From Paraspadella gotoi (lineage: Eukaryota; Animalia; Chaetognatha): a stretch of 64,000 bases of DNA. The translations under genes and the position numbers were made by a program. The notes under the pieces are model-generated. The model was not told the origin of the DNA. It did not search any database and worked only from the letters and a program-made list of their open reading frames with translations. Position 1 is the stretch's first letter, and every line of letters begins with the position of its first letter. This document shows positions 24,990 to 37,440 of this stretch, one piece after another. The stretch lies in contig CM119267.1 in NCBI GenBank assembly GCA_051294375.1, positions 11,237,865 through 11,301,864 on the forward strand, written 5' to 3'.

Positions 24990-26125
24990 AGGACTGAAGG
25001 TGACATGCTTATAGGCGGGGTGAACCTAGGCAATGCCGACTACACGATGATCAAACGCGAGTGCTATTTTGTTTCGCGAGACAGATTGGGGCAACGACAA
25101 CGACGACGCGACGGCGTCGAAATTGATTAAAGTCCCTTTTGCCTTTCAGTTGTCCAGATGCGTCGAACTGGGAAAGGGGGGGGGGGGAGGGGGGGGGAGG
25201 GGGAGGCAAGGAAGTTTGGGTCGAATGGATGGATGAAGGGGAGGGAGTTGAGGGTTTTGATTGGCTATTAGGAGTAGGAGTGAGGAGTGAGGAGTGAAAA
25301 GTGAGGAGTGAGAAGGTTTTCAAAAGGATCTGAATCTGTTAACTCAAAAACTCTTAGTCACTCGGGGTCATCATGAATTTTCTTTGAAAATTACGTTTTT
25401 TTTATTGCGGTGAAGTGACTGCCTGTTTTAATTTCATACTTTGATTGCTTTTCGCCGCGTTTTGACTATCAGCTTCTTATTCTAGATGAGAATCACCAGT
25501 TTGAACGAGTAGCTCGAGTTGAATCGAAAAATTAAGACTGCAACGACGACGACCACAACGACGATGACCAGGTCGGTCATTTCTCTACCTGATTTTTCTC
25601 TAATCGATTCTGTCAGCGTAAATCATCTCGCAAACTTCATAACGAACTCGGACGGTCGATGGAGAACGACGGTTGTCTCAAGCGAACGAAGGGGATCTTT
25701 CGTGAACGAACGCGATCTCCACTGAACGAAAGAGATCAGGCCAAAAAACAAAAGCTGTAGCAAACTGTAGCAAGCTGCAGAAAGAATGAATAAATGTTAA
25801 TTTTATGTCAAGACCCTAAATACTCAAAACCTTTATTTTAGACATCGTGGTGGATCTAAGGCGAACACAATCGGTCAAGAGCGGACAAGAGGCGAATCTC
25901 AGAAGATCTTTTCGAACGAAAGCGATCTAGGGCGAACTGTGGCGATCGAAACCAAATCCTTAGAATGGTGACCGGAGATTCCGAAGATTCACAGAGATTC
26001 ACGTTAATCAAAGTTGATCGTCTCGTCGATCACAAATCGAGATTCGTCAGAGACGAGAGTCTCACGATTTTCTCTGTAAATTCTCTTCGCCTCACTCCAT
26101 CCTTTCTTCTCTCATTATTTTTCCG

Positions 26126-26162
<37 letters not shown>

Positions 26163-26163
26163 T

Positions 26164-26226
26164 CCTTATTTTTGGCGTATCTTCGCTTTACAGTATCTTG
26201 ACTCTACTTTTTTCTCATGACCTCTC

Positions 26227-26290
<64 letters not shown>

Positions 26291-26336
26291 TGGCGTATCT
26301 TTGCTTTACAGAATCTTGACTCTACTTTTTCTCATG

Positions 26337-26389
<53 letters not shown>

Positions 26390-26596
26390 TCTCTCCTTTT
26401 TTTTTGGGCGTATCTTTGGCTTTACAGTATCTTGACTCTACTTTTTTTCTCATGACTCTCCTCTCTCTCTCTCTCTCATCTCTCTCTCACTCTCTCTTTC
26501 ACTCTCTCTCTCTCTCCTTATTTTTTGGCGTATCTTTGCTTTACAGTATTTGACTCTACTTTTTTCTCATGACCTCTCTCATCTCTCTCCTCTTTT

Positions 26597-26628
<32 letters not shown>

Positions 26629-26710
26629 CTCTCTCTTTCCACTCTCTCTCTCTCCTATTTTTGGCGTATCTTCGCTTTACAGTATCTTGACTCTACTTTT
26701 TTCTTATGAC
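26164..26710 (+). repeat. Minisatellite: 5 copies of the ~55-bp unit with (CT)n spacers
   Basis: Units near 26164, 26283, 26395, 26516 and 26653. Confidence 0.9.
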
Positions 26711-27534
26711 GCTCATCGTCTCTGACCGGTTTTTTAATTTTTCTCTGTTCCACTTGGCTTGTCTTTGCTTTTAAATTTTCTTCTCGTAACCAAGTTCAGT
26801 TTTTTATCTAAACTTTCTTACTGATTTTCACCGAATTGGTTGAAATAAAATATAAATTGACAAAAGAGAGTGAGATAGAGTGTTATATATAGAATGTATA
26901 GAGAGACAATGTTAGAGACTGACATTCTATCGAATACTTTTAATAAATGACCACGAGGTGGAACAATCTCTACTCTTTCTATCCCAGTTGAATCCTTTCT
27001 AGTTCTTCTCATGCGGGTCTCCTTTCAGTTAAGGAGACTTTCTATAGTTAAAGGCCAAAAGTAAACAAAAGCTAAACAATGAAAAAATAATTCGGGGGTT
27101 AACAGTTCGGGAAAGTGGAAAAAAAAAAACAATACGAAAATAACCGTCAGCGCGAAAGCAACTGAATTCAAAACAATAACCATTTCCTAAACTTTGTTCG
27201 TCAAAAATTTATGAATCTCTCGACTTTGATAGACTAGATCATAAATAAAATTCATGAAAAGTAAACATTCAACATCCGCCGGAAATAACTCTCGAAATTC
27301 TATTTGAAAACCTTCAAAAATTCCTCTTTTATTTTATATTTTTTTTAATTCACGTTTCTATTATTCCTGTTTTTTCTCTCTCTCTTTTTGCCTCTTGAGA
27401 TTCATCTCCAAATTTCACTATTTTGCTTGGCTTGTGTTCAAAGGGCGGATTTCTATTGTTTCGACGAAAACCTGGTGGAGGAAGAAGACGACAACGACGA
27501 CGACGACGATAATAGAGCCAAAAAAGGCAAAGAG

Positions 27535-27581
<47 letters not shown>
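27535..27581 (+). repeat. (GAC)n microsatellite
   Basis: About 15 perfect GAC units. Confidence 0.9.
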
Positions 27582-28243
27582 AGTTAATGTGAGAGGGAGA
27601 GGCTGGGAGAATTTAACCTCTCTGGCACAAAACTTCGGCGTCAACGTCATGTTATAAAAAAAATGTTCAAATTTGTTGAGTTTCGTCTCGATCTGAACCA
27701 AAAAGTGGGGACGGTCCGAGTTTAAGGTGGTTTTGACAGGAGACGTCGTGAGCTTCCTGACGGATTTCAGAAGAACTCCGAGTTTTGAGATAATTTTTTT
27801 TTGCCGGACGAAGATATAGAAATTAGAAACGTCAGGAAATTGACCGAGTACGAATTTCGCTTTGAAAGGGCATATTCGTTCTGCATTCTTTGAGAGAAAA
27901 AAAAAGGTTTTCCTAATGACAACAAACTCATTAGATGACAGCCGTGACATAGGCTCACACCCCCAGCGCCCTCTTTTCCTTAACTCGCTCCTTTCTCTCA
28001 TTAACCGAGAGTGTAATTGGTGGAGAGACTCGAACGGTCACGCCTCTTTCAAGCTTCTTCAGTTTGAGAGTCTTCTGTTTCTTTTCAACTCCGTTCAACT
28101 TTCATTCTCGACGACGTAACATTTTTTTTTAGTGTGTAGACTGTGGAAGGGGGAGGAGGAAAAGGACTTGGTTAATGGGTTACAGAGGCGAATCGATCTA
28201 TATTAATTGTTTTTAATCGGTTTAGGAAAAGGGCGAAGAAGTT

Positions 28244-28542
28244 TTGGTAGTATTTTCCGAATGCGGCGCATATCTGTTCCTAATCCCTTAACTTAACTTT
28301 AATGAAAATATTTAACGCTAACCTTCTGCCAAATACTTAAACCAATCCATCATCCCTATCCCTAATTCTAATACCAAGCTCTACCCTAATTCTTAACCCT
28401 AATCCCTACCCTAATCCCTAACCTTATCTCTAATTCAAAACCAAATCACTTACTCCCAACGCCTAACGTAATTTGTAAACTTGAAAACTTATTCAATTCT
28501 GAATTTAATTTCCAACAGGGCACTTCTAGAAAATATGGCCAA
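28244..28542. mobile_element. Possible MITE with imperfect TIRs and a CCTAA-rich interior
   Basis: Left end ttggtagtattttccgaatgcggcgcatatctgtt resembles the reverse complement of the right end (ttggccatattttctagaagtgccctgtt). The interior is degenerate (CCTAA/CCCTAAT)n. Confidence 0.4.
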
Positions 28543-29873
28543 ATTTTTCTTTGTTCTCCAATTTTTTTTTTTTTTACCATTCAGCCGTCAAACGTCGAAT
28601 GCCCGATTCTCCTCTGTCAACCTCGGTCCTCTGCTTTCGACCTCGTAATTCGGTTTAATCGTACGTCTTCGCCGAAAAAGATTCAACTTGTCCATCATAA
28701 TAATAATAATCCGAATCGAACCCGGGCGAAGAAACTATTCTGCCTTCTCGCCTCGAACGCGATACAGCGCCGATCACGATCCGCGGTCGAACAGATCGCG
28801 CCGTGGAGAGAGAAGCCACGATTCCGCCGTTTTGTTCTTCTTTCGTGTTTCCTCAAGATTCTCCCTTTGTTCTTAAAAATCTTACATCTTCCTTTCTTTT
28901 GTGTCTCCTTTTTTTTTTCAGTTTTCAATTCCGAAATGAGAAAACTGGTTTTTGATCGAAGGAATTATAAAAAAAGAACCTTTTTGGGTTCCACTCGATT
29001 CTGTCAACATTTTGACAAATGGCTTCCGTCGTCAAGGAGACGAGACGCAAAACGATCGAAGGTTGGCATTTGAATATCGAGAGTGGTTTTTGTTTCTTTT
29101 CGTAAGAGAGAGAGATGAGAGAGATCGATTTTCACCTCGAACGAACAGACGCGTCGGCAAGAGAGAGGAAAGGCCGTAAGTCACAACGTGCGTGGCGGAG
29201 CTAAAAAGATCTCTGAGTCGATAATACTCTGTTGCATCAAATCTCGGAGACAAAAACCGAAGTGAAACTTGAGAAAATACACAGTTCTCATGTAAAAGTG
29301 AATTATGAAAAAATTGAAAAAAATGTCTTTAAAAGAAAAGAAATTGGGGGAGGCGGAAGGGGGGGGGAGGTGAANNNNNNNNNNNNNNNNNNNNNNNNNT
29401 CGTGTACACGGAGAGAGAGGAGAAGAGAGAGAGCAGACGAGAGGAGAGAGAGAGAGGTGAGAAGGTGAGAGAGAGAGAGACCGAGAGAGAGAGAGAGAGA
29501 GAGGAAGGCCGTTGTTACGAAATAACTATCTCTAATATTTCGAGTAAAATCCAGCTTCTCTGCCTTTCCCGTTGCTCTTTTGCTCTTTATTACTGACATC
29601 GAAAATGCCACCGTTCTAGCGATCGACACGACATCTTTAGGCTCTTCTTTTGTTTATACTTAGTACAAGAATTCCGAAGGCAGTGTACAGCTGATTCTGA
29701 TTGGTGCCGTGATTTCGATAGATTTCGATTAAGATTCTGATCGGATTCTATCCACGTGGCATCTTCAGATCTCAAATTGCACTGGGTTTTTAGTTCTTTT
29801 CAGACATAGAAACTCTTATTTAGATATCTCCGAATCTTATTTTTGTGTGATCGCTGGTTTGGTGGACTTTTCT

Positions 29874-32800
29874 ATGAAGAGAAGCATCTCTTTTGGTTTA
29901 ATATTGGCTTCAGAAACAAGTAAGAAAGACACTTTTTAAATTTATATATATTTGCTGAGTTTGTACTAAATGTTTTGTTATTCTTTGCCCAGGACTTCTA
30001 ACCCTTCAACGGACTTACAAGCTTTACAGACATTTCGTCAAGTCCTGGGCTTAGTGGACAGTCGTCATTTCGGCCTTAGCCGACGTCGTCTACTGAGACT
30101 TTGTCGTCAAGCATCTCCAGGGCGTCTGGACCGGCGCCATCGTCTCTTCTGCGCCATTTTATACCCAATTCCATCTGGTCTTCAATGCGCAGAATTTGTC
30201 CAGTCAGTTAGAATTCAAAGACGCCACTTCTCCGAACTTAGTTCAAAACATTAGAAGTCTTCGTTTTGCGGAACACCTGCTCAAGTGCTTCGTTCGAAGG
30301 CTCTCTAATCCTCGGCAGAGTTTGCGGACTCCACCGGAGAAGAGATCCACCTGCGCCTCGATCTCTAGGGTGTCGAACGAAGTCGACGTTTCCAATCAAT
30401 CGAAGGCCCTTGCAACGCCTTCGACGGACGTTAAGATACGGCGGCGCCTTCGGGACTGCTTTCATTGCGATTAGGATCCTCGGACTAGCGACGACGCCGT
30501 CGGGCGTAATTTTGACACGTCGACGGATTGTGCATCGCCGCTCCTTCTCGAAACTGGCAGTGAGATTGAAGTCCGGTTTCGACTTGTTTTATTTCTTCGT
30601 CTTTGCGTTAGTCGGCTGCCACCGATCTTCGCGAAGCCTTCCTTCGGACTTCAACGCCGGTCAGTTGTGCCATCGGCGGCGACGAATAGGAACGGGAAGA
30701 AGTAAGCGCGCCAGCAATCAAAAATACGTCGAGAAGCTCGAGTGCGAAAGCCTTCAAGGAACACCCCTTTCGGCGTCTTTTGTGGACTTCGCCGTTCGTT
30801 TGTAAGAAGCGGGAGATCAAGCTCGCTCTAGTGCGGCGAAAGAGGAAGACATCGACGACTTCAAGACGGCCGGCTGATACCCTCTCCCAACTTAGCCATC
30901 CGAGATATCGACAACCTTCTTCACGGCGGACATGGCTCAATTCCCGACGAGCCAAGCCCTTCAGGAAATGCAACGTCTTCCACGCAACCTCAACGTCGAC
31001 GAGGTGGTGGAGCTCAAGCCGATTTCGTACGATCGGCGCCAAAGCCGCCCCGACGAAGAAAACATCGCGGAGGCCAACGCGGATAGATTCACTCTAAAGG
31101 CAAACTTGTGAAATCATTCGTTCCACGATTGAAAGAGGTAGATGGAATGACGAGGCGTTGGAACTTTTGTCGGAGTTCCTCGATCGTCTCAGCAACATCC
31201 TTGGACATTGCCGTCAGCCTCGATTCGCGGGCTAATTCTATGTCGACACGTGTTTCATCGGTTTGAAAGCATAGGATCGACAGGACGCTCCGTATCCGCC
31301 GCAGCACGGATGACGACGACGCAGAAGGAAACGGGAATAGACGCCCAACCTTCCTTCAGCTGCAAACCATCCCGACGACGACTACGCTGCGTCCAACCCG
31401 ACCATTATCGTCCCCTCCACCGACTCTGAAGATGACTTCGAATCAGGCAACGTCCGTCAATTTCCCGTTTTGACGCCGTTTCGGCTGTGACGGATGATCG
31501 GCGCAAACTATCGACGACGAAGATGTGGATGCGTTAGCCCAGGAGTTGCCAGCCGGGTCTGGCGCTTTGCTCAAGCATCGCAGTACGGCCGCTGCGGCAT
31601 CTCCAGGGACGGCGTCGCCAATTACATCTGGATCGACGAGAGAACAGAGTCTTCATTTCAAACATCAATCTTGTCCGCCAAGCGGAAGGAATTCAAATGG
31701 TAGCTCGATTATTGATGAAGCGTCTCGCGTCCGGCGTCGATGGAAGTGCCGCAGGATTTTTGGTCCAGTTTCGAATTCTTCATGGAGTCTCGGATAGATG
31801 AGAGAGTGCGTGAATCGGCGGACTACGACGTGTGTGCCGCCGCTGCCGCCGAAAACGCAAGTTAGGACGAGTATGGAAAGAATTGAGAGAAGAAGGTGAT
31901 TTGCAGAGGCCGGTAATACGAGTTCTTGGCGAAGTCGAGAGAGACCTGTTTCAGACGTATACGCCTTCAACGACATCGCGTACGGCGAGTGGGTCGTGGC
32001 TCAGTCATCCTCCCCCCGTTCTTTGAGCCCTCTCTCCAACAGCTCGTCAACCGTCTTTCAAGCTCCATCTCCGTCGAATGATTTGACGATTCACTGCCAT
32101 GAATCGCCGTCACGTTCTCAACGAAGTCGGGGTCAGATGCTGTCGACGACTCGTGATCATCATTTGCCGGAACCGGAACCTGGATGCGAGGAGGCGTGGG
32201 CGTTGGAACGGAAGCCGATGGCGTTCCGCCCGCCGCTGATCGCCAAATCCGCAGTTCGTTTCATGGAGTTTTTGCGCGACGCAATAAGGGACCTCTTCAA
32301 TGATGGATTGCGTCGTGAGGCGTCGAGAACGAGGGAGTGAATCCTCCCCCCAGTTCCACGCCTTACCACGCCTGCCGGCGTTCCTGCCGCTGCGGGTTGA
32401 ACGCCGAAACGCCGGCGTTAATTTAAAGGACGTTTCGCCGACTGAAGCGATAACGAACGTCTCTGTCGCCTCAAGGCATCAAACGGCGTCATCCTCTGAT
32501 GCGGCGCCGTTCGAGGCAGCCTTCGTCCGCTCCGCTGCACAATGGCGACGGGTTTTTTGGAGATTCAAGCTCAAACGCTCGCCTACCAAATGCTTCAGCA
32601 GCAGCGCCCAAAGATCAAGGTCGACGAGACTTCGTCGCGTTTAGACTTTGAGCGTCCAACTTCGCCGATTTTAACGTCAGCGTCTGCGCGTTGGAGGGCG
32701 CTACGGATCCAATGAAGTTGAAGGAGCTTCCTCACTGGTTCGACGGTCTTCCCAAGCGTTCCAATCGATCTGATATCTATCTCGGTTAAGACGCCTACCG

Positions 32801-33659
32801 CGGCTCTTAGTGACGCCCTTTGGCGTTCTAGAGAAAGTGGGGAATGAAGCGGACGACGGCGGACGAAATGATTGAACAGATCCTCGGCGGTCCTAAGCTC
32901 GATCGAAAGGACTCAGGGGTCATTCATGGTCTTCTGATCACTTGCAGCAGGTGTACGAACCTCGCGAAGGAGACGGACCGACTCGCAGACCTCGACCGTG
33001 CGGCCGTCTATGGTGGATCTGCTCTCCAAACGGATTGCCACACCTTTCAGATAAGTGGGCGAAAAAGAGGTGTTATTTTTAACAGAATCATGAATGGAAC
33101 GACGATCTCTCTTTTTGTGATTCTTGTTTCTTGTCTTTTTGCCATAAACCAAAAGTTCTCGATTTCAGACCCACCGGCGCAATAATGGAAAGGATCCAGC
33201 GGCGACGAGGGCACAAAGCGAAGATGGCGGCGAGGGTCAACGCCGCATCAGCGGTCAAAACATCGAAGAAGAGATCGCTTCGGTGGCCGCCGCAGCCGCT
33301 TCTGCATCAACGGGAACCGCGTCTTCAGAGTCGGCGTCGTCGTCCACGCCGGGATCGAAAACTTTTATTCCATTGCTCACTTTTGCAAGGGACGCCACTA
33401 TTTGCATAGCTGCGAAAAGTTTCAACGTCTGTGGCCCGCAGATCGTCGAAAACTGTGCGTCTCTCAGGCCCGCTGCTTCAACTGCTTGGAAGCGGTCATC
33501 GTGTCGAAAAATGCCACATCCAAAGAGCGCTGCTTTTGCGATAAAAATCACCATCCGCTTCTCCATTGGACGGATTCAGCCCCGTCGAGAAAGCGGGATT
33601 TTCGAAAGTATCTTCAAGCAATTCGGCATCGAAGAGCAGCGGGAAAAATCTTAGTCTGA
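29874..33659 (+). CDS. BEL/Pao Gag-derived gene: three DUF1759/capsid-like modules plus a triple CCHC zinc knuckle, with introns and no pol (frameshifted in the assembly)
   Basis: Knuckle region C[fs]FCKGRHYLHSCEKF...RRKLCVSQARCFNCL...CFCDKNHHPLLH (33371-33567) matches the BEL/Pao Gag pattern. Gag-like motifs repeat at ~30740-31200, ~31720-32300 and ~32500-33045. GT-AG intron 29920-29992 has a TACTAAA branch-like site. A second, T-rich intron-like segment at ~33051-33168 ends in TTTCAG. Candidate ATG at 29874. Confidence 0.7.
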
Positions 33660-33904
33660 CGCCGCCGCCAGAATAGTCAGGATCGGCCGCCGTGCGAAAG
33701 AGCTACGTGACTTTTGCTGTTAGTCGCGAGCAGAGGCGCCGTTTCTGCCCTGCGGCGCCAATCGCGATCGTCGTCTGAAGCAACGCACAGTGTTCAGCTT
33801 TGTATTATTTGGATTATGGGAGATATTGCGTTTTTTGTTTTTTAAAAAATTATCCATATTTACAAAGTGATTGAAAATGCAGCTTAGTCTCGTTAAAATA
33901 TTTT

Positions 33905-35500
33905 CTATTCTCGCTCTGAGTTCGATACTTTTCCGCTAGACCAAAGGTCGGTAAATTGAAGATTTCTTCGGTTGACGACGCGTTCCATCAGGATATGGAG
34001 GATGTCCTTCGCCGTCGACGTTCTTGCGATTGGACGTGACGACGCATTACCAGCCGCGAGAAAAGATTTCTCTCTTTTTTTATTCATCTCGTGGAGACCG
34101 AGAATCGAATTTGCCGCGGGTAGAAAGTTTCCTTCTCTACAAAGATGACGGGACCTCGTCGACGATCCAATCGGCCATGGGGTCGTCGAGCGCCGCGGAA
34201 ATTCATCTGACAACCTGACTTCGTATCCGATGTCGACAACGTGCAGCTCAGCCGTGAGTTTTCGGCGACATTTCGACGCCGATATGTTCCGGCGCCTTCA
34301 GCGAAGCCGTGTCTTCAACGTGCAGGGTGGCTTCCGTGTTGGAGCGAAATCGGTCGACGATACGTTTAAAACGGCCGAGGTGACTGGATGCAATGTAATT
34401 ACTTCCATCGAGATGTTATCTCTGGATCGCGATCAGGCCTACAGAGACGACGCCGGAGATGTTCTTCTTCTGGATGCCTCGAGATGCCTGCGGCGGTCGT
34501 TATGTTACGTCGCGTCAAAGTTTAGTCTTTGAGTAAAATTATTATCATAATTGTCGCCTAATTCGTCTCACGTTCGGAGATTAGTTCATGTTTTAAATTC
34601 CGTTATTTTATATGGCGATTTTCGCTTATCGTCAATATAGTAAATTCGAGTTTAAAAAAAAATCGCGTTTTTCTCGTTTTTCAAATATCGAAATATCTAA
34701 ATTCATGGATCGTCTTGGTGGATGAATATTTATATACTTATATATATATATATATATCACGGGGAAAATGGTGAATATGGAATTAAATTTTCCATGATGC
34801 GGGCTGATTTTTCTTTGGATATTGGGATCGACGTGGCCAAATACGAGCGTCTAGTTCCATGGTAACCAAAGAACATCCGGGTCTCGTCGCCGAGTTGTCG
34901 CGGGGTGGCTACCGTCCTCGTCGATTGTGTCCCGTTCTCCGCCCATGTTTTCCGTTGCCTCGTGGATGCTGGATCGTCATTGCTGAATTTCGTTAGCGCG
35001 TGTAGAGACTTTTTAGCCAGTCAACGTGACTCTGCGGCAAGAAGCATCCCGCGAGTCTCTCGTCGAAATCCATTCGACACCGCGAATACGCCTCTTTCGC
35101 TAATTGTAAAAATATTTCGGTTTTTAGAAGATGGAACTTTTTCTCATGTTTAATCGGCTAAACCTATCAACTTACAAGATTGGCTGGAGAATCTATCTCT
35201 TCCTCTTCGTTAGTTGACTCTCCTTCGTCGAGCTGCGGGGGGAAAGGACGCTTCAACGCTGTCCTCCGAGGCGAAGCCATCCGTCATGAGCAAGATCCAT
35301 CGTCTCGGCCTCGACGACCCGAAATTAAACATCCCTTTAAGTCAGACGACATCTTATCCACATTGGATTCCAGAGGTCGCCTACTCGCTCTTCTTGTAGA
35401 CGAAACCAACGTTTGACCGAGCCTGTGGAGGCCCGGGCGAATTTATCAGAAAGGTTGCCGCCTAGCAACGACTCGTACGGGCGGCGCGCGTTTCAGTAGC
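33905..35500 (-). CDS. PARP-family ADP-ribosyltransferase-like catalytic domain, possibly preceded by a degenerate WWE domain (frameshifted)
   Basis: DETRMFFGYHGTRRSYL (MFFGYHGT at 34876-34853) resembles the PARP HG(S/T) motif. LHVVDIGY, then DWIVDE[fs]PVIFVEKETFYPRQIRF (34172-34102), resemble the PARP7/11/12-type DSxVD...PxIFVxFExxQxYPxYxIxF end. Minus-strand intron ~35175-35100 (GTAAGT...TAG); a second intron at ~34760-34527. Outer boundaries are approximate. Confidence 0.6.
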
Positions 35501-36329
35501 GGAGCCGAAGAAAAAATTTTCGATGCGATCCATTTTAAAAAATCAATTCCGTTTGATATTAGTTGTGGGAAAGTTAATAAATACGAATATCCTCACCTCA
35601 AAGAACTTACTCTTTTTTTATATTTTTTCATTTATTGACTATGCATAACCGTAAAATTTTTTACAGAGGCTTCGACCGAAAAATAAAAATTCGTTTTTTT
35701 CCATTGTTTTGCTTAGTTTTCGCTTCGGTTTTCGAATTTCTTCCCCATAGGGACTGCTTACCTAACCTGAAATTCTGATTAAATTATTTTCAGATTTGAT
35801 ATTTTTGATTATTCTATATTTTTACTGTTTAAGACAATGTTTCTTCCAGAAACTGTTTTCGTTTGGTTAGTACTTTATTTAAGAATTTATTTTAATATTT
35901 TCAGTGACTGGTTAAGTAGGGTTTTTTAAAAATATTTAATTTATATTTATTTATTTTCGATTTCGTAAGTGCAACCCTCTCGAAAATTTTTTTGTTCAGA
36001 TTTTGGACAGTAAAAATGAAATTTTCGAATTCTTCTCATTTGTCTAAATTTTTTATGTACGGGATTTCAAATTTTGTAGTAAGATTCAAAATGGGATTTT
36101 GGCGTACAGTTCGTAATCGTTATGCCGATTTTATTCGCCGTTTTCGTCGTTTTTTATCGTACGTCATTCTCGGCTTGTTATATTTTGAAAGGATTCGCGA
36201 TTTAAATTTTATTTGGAAAAAAGAAAAAATATTTTTTTATCTATTTTTTGCCTCATTCTGATAACGGGTTTCCAATACGGACGTCGCGGGTACTTGTCGC
36301 TTCGTTCTTGTGTTTCTCCCGTTTTTTCC

Positions 36330-37440
36330 AGGTTTGAGGACCGCCTTGTCGATATATCATACTGCAAGAGTTAAGCAGGGAACAAATCTCTTGAATTTTC
36401 AAAGCTTCAAGATACAAGCCTCCACCAGTGAAAAGGTGTCTTTGGGTGCGCGTTGTCCGGGTGCCGAGGTCGGTCGAGGCATTCAGACCCGGCTTTGGTA
36501 TTCTCTGCTGCGCCTGCGGTCGTCGCCGCGGGGAAAGTCCGCTGCGCCGAATGGCCGCTGGCGATCCTAGCTGTATACGAATTTGCGCGGTGGTGGTCGA
36601 ACGTTGTTCCGGCACTTTGTATTATGCGCGACTTCTGCTCATTGCCACAGGCCGCGATACATACTACTCACTGACCATACCTCACGCAACGGCTCAGGCA
36701 CTGCCCGATCTGCCCCAAGGTTATATATCCTGCGTAGCGGCCAATCGAGCGGACAGGGGACAGAAAAAGAAAGATTCGGCTTCTTTGTGTTGAGGCTCCA
36801 GACGGCGCCAGGGCGATGCAGAGCTTCGCTTCCGTTCTTTGCGTTAGCGTATCTGGTCTTTTCCGGAAGATCTGACACTTTTGCGTCACCTTAGATCGGA
36901 TCTTGCGTAGTTAGGATAGAGGGCAAAGGTATTGATGAGAGTGCTGCGAGCGGTTTTAGTGTGCGCGCCTGGAATGTGAACATGATCTTGGAGAAACGTC
37001 AAGGCGCGGGGGTGTAGTGGCCCCTCGGCAGCATGCGTCTGGAATGGCCTAGCTGGGAGTCGGCAGCTGCCTCGATGGACGATCGAACTAGGCGCATTCG
37101 CCCCTCCTCCCGGATTCCGACTTCTGATGAAAGTCTGAGCATCTCTTATGCTGACGCACAGGTAGAAGAAGAAGTCGCTGAGGCGATTAGTGACGTATAT
37201 CGAGCTTTTTTAGTCTGCCGTCTCGTCGCCATAGTGGTAATGGTTCTTCGGACGGCTCGGGTAGAAGGTCGTGAGACAGGCGCGACTGGAGTCCCGGGGG
37301 CGAGCACGTGTGAAGAGAGGCGCATACGTCTCAAAGGTCAGTCTCTACTCACCAAACAGCCGCTGGCTGCCTCCAACTATGTGTTTGGGCAGCTTTGGTG
37401 TCGTGTGGTCCCGGCGGGAGACTTATTCGAGATGGTTTAT
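36330..37440 (-). other. GC-rich, coding-like but heavily indel-damaged segment, unidentified
   Basis: Short protein-like runs with G/C-ending codons on the minus strand (TFYPSRPKNHYHYGDE, SDFFFYLCVS, LINTFALYPNY); no continuous frame. Confidence 0.3.

Larger units (their letters stand above)
24624..27403 (+). repeat. ~3-kb direct duplication, copy B
   Basis: Collinear with 8682-11652. Confidence 0.9.

Noticed and set aside
34940-35100. Atlastin/GBP helical domain (AKEAY...NMGGE)
   Set aside because: Only a short match; the adjacent GYHGT and PVIFV...FYP motifs fit a PARP domain much better.
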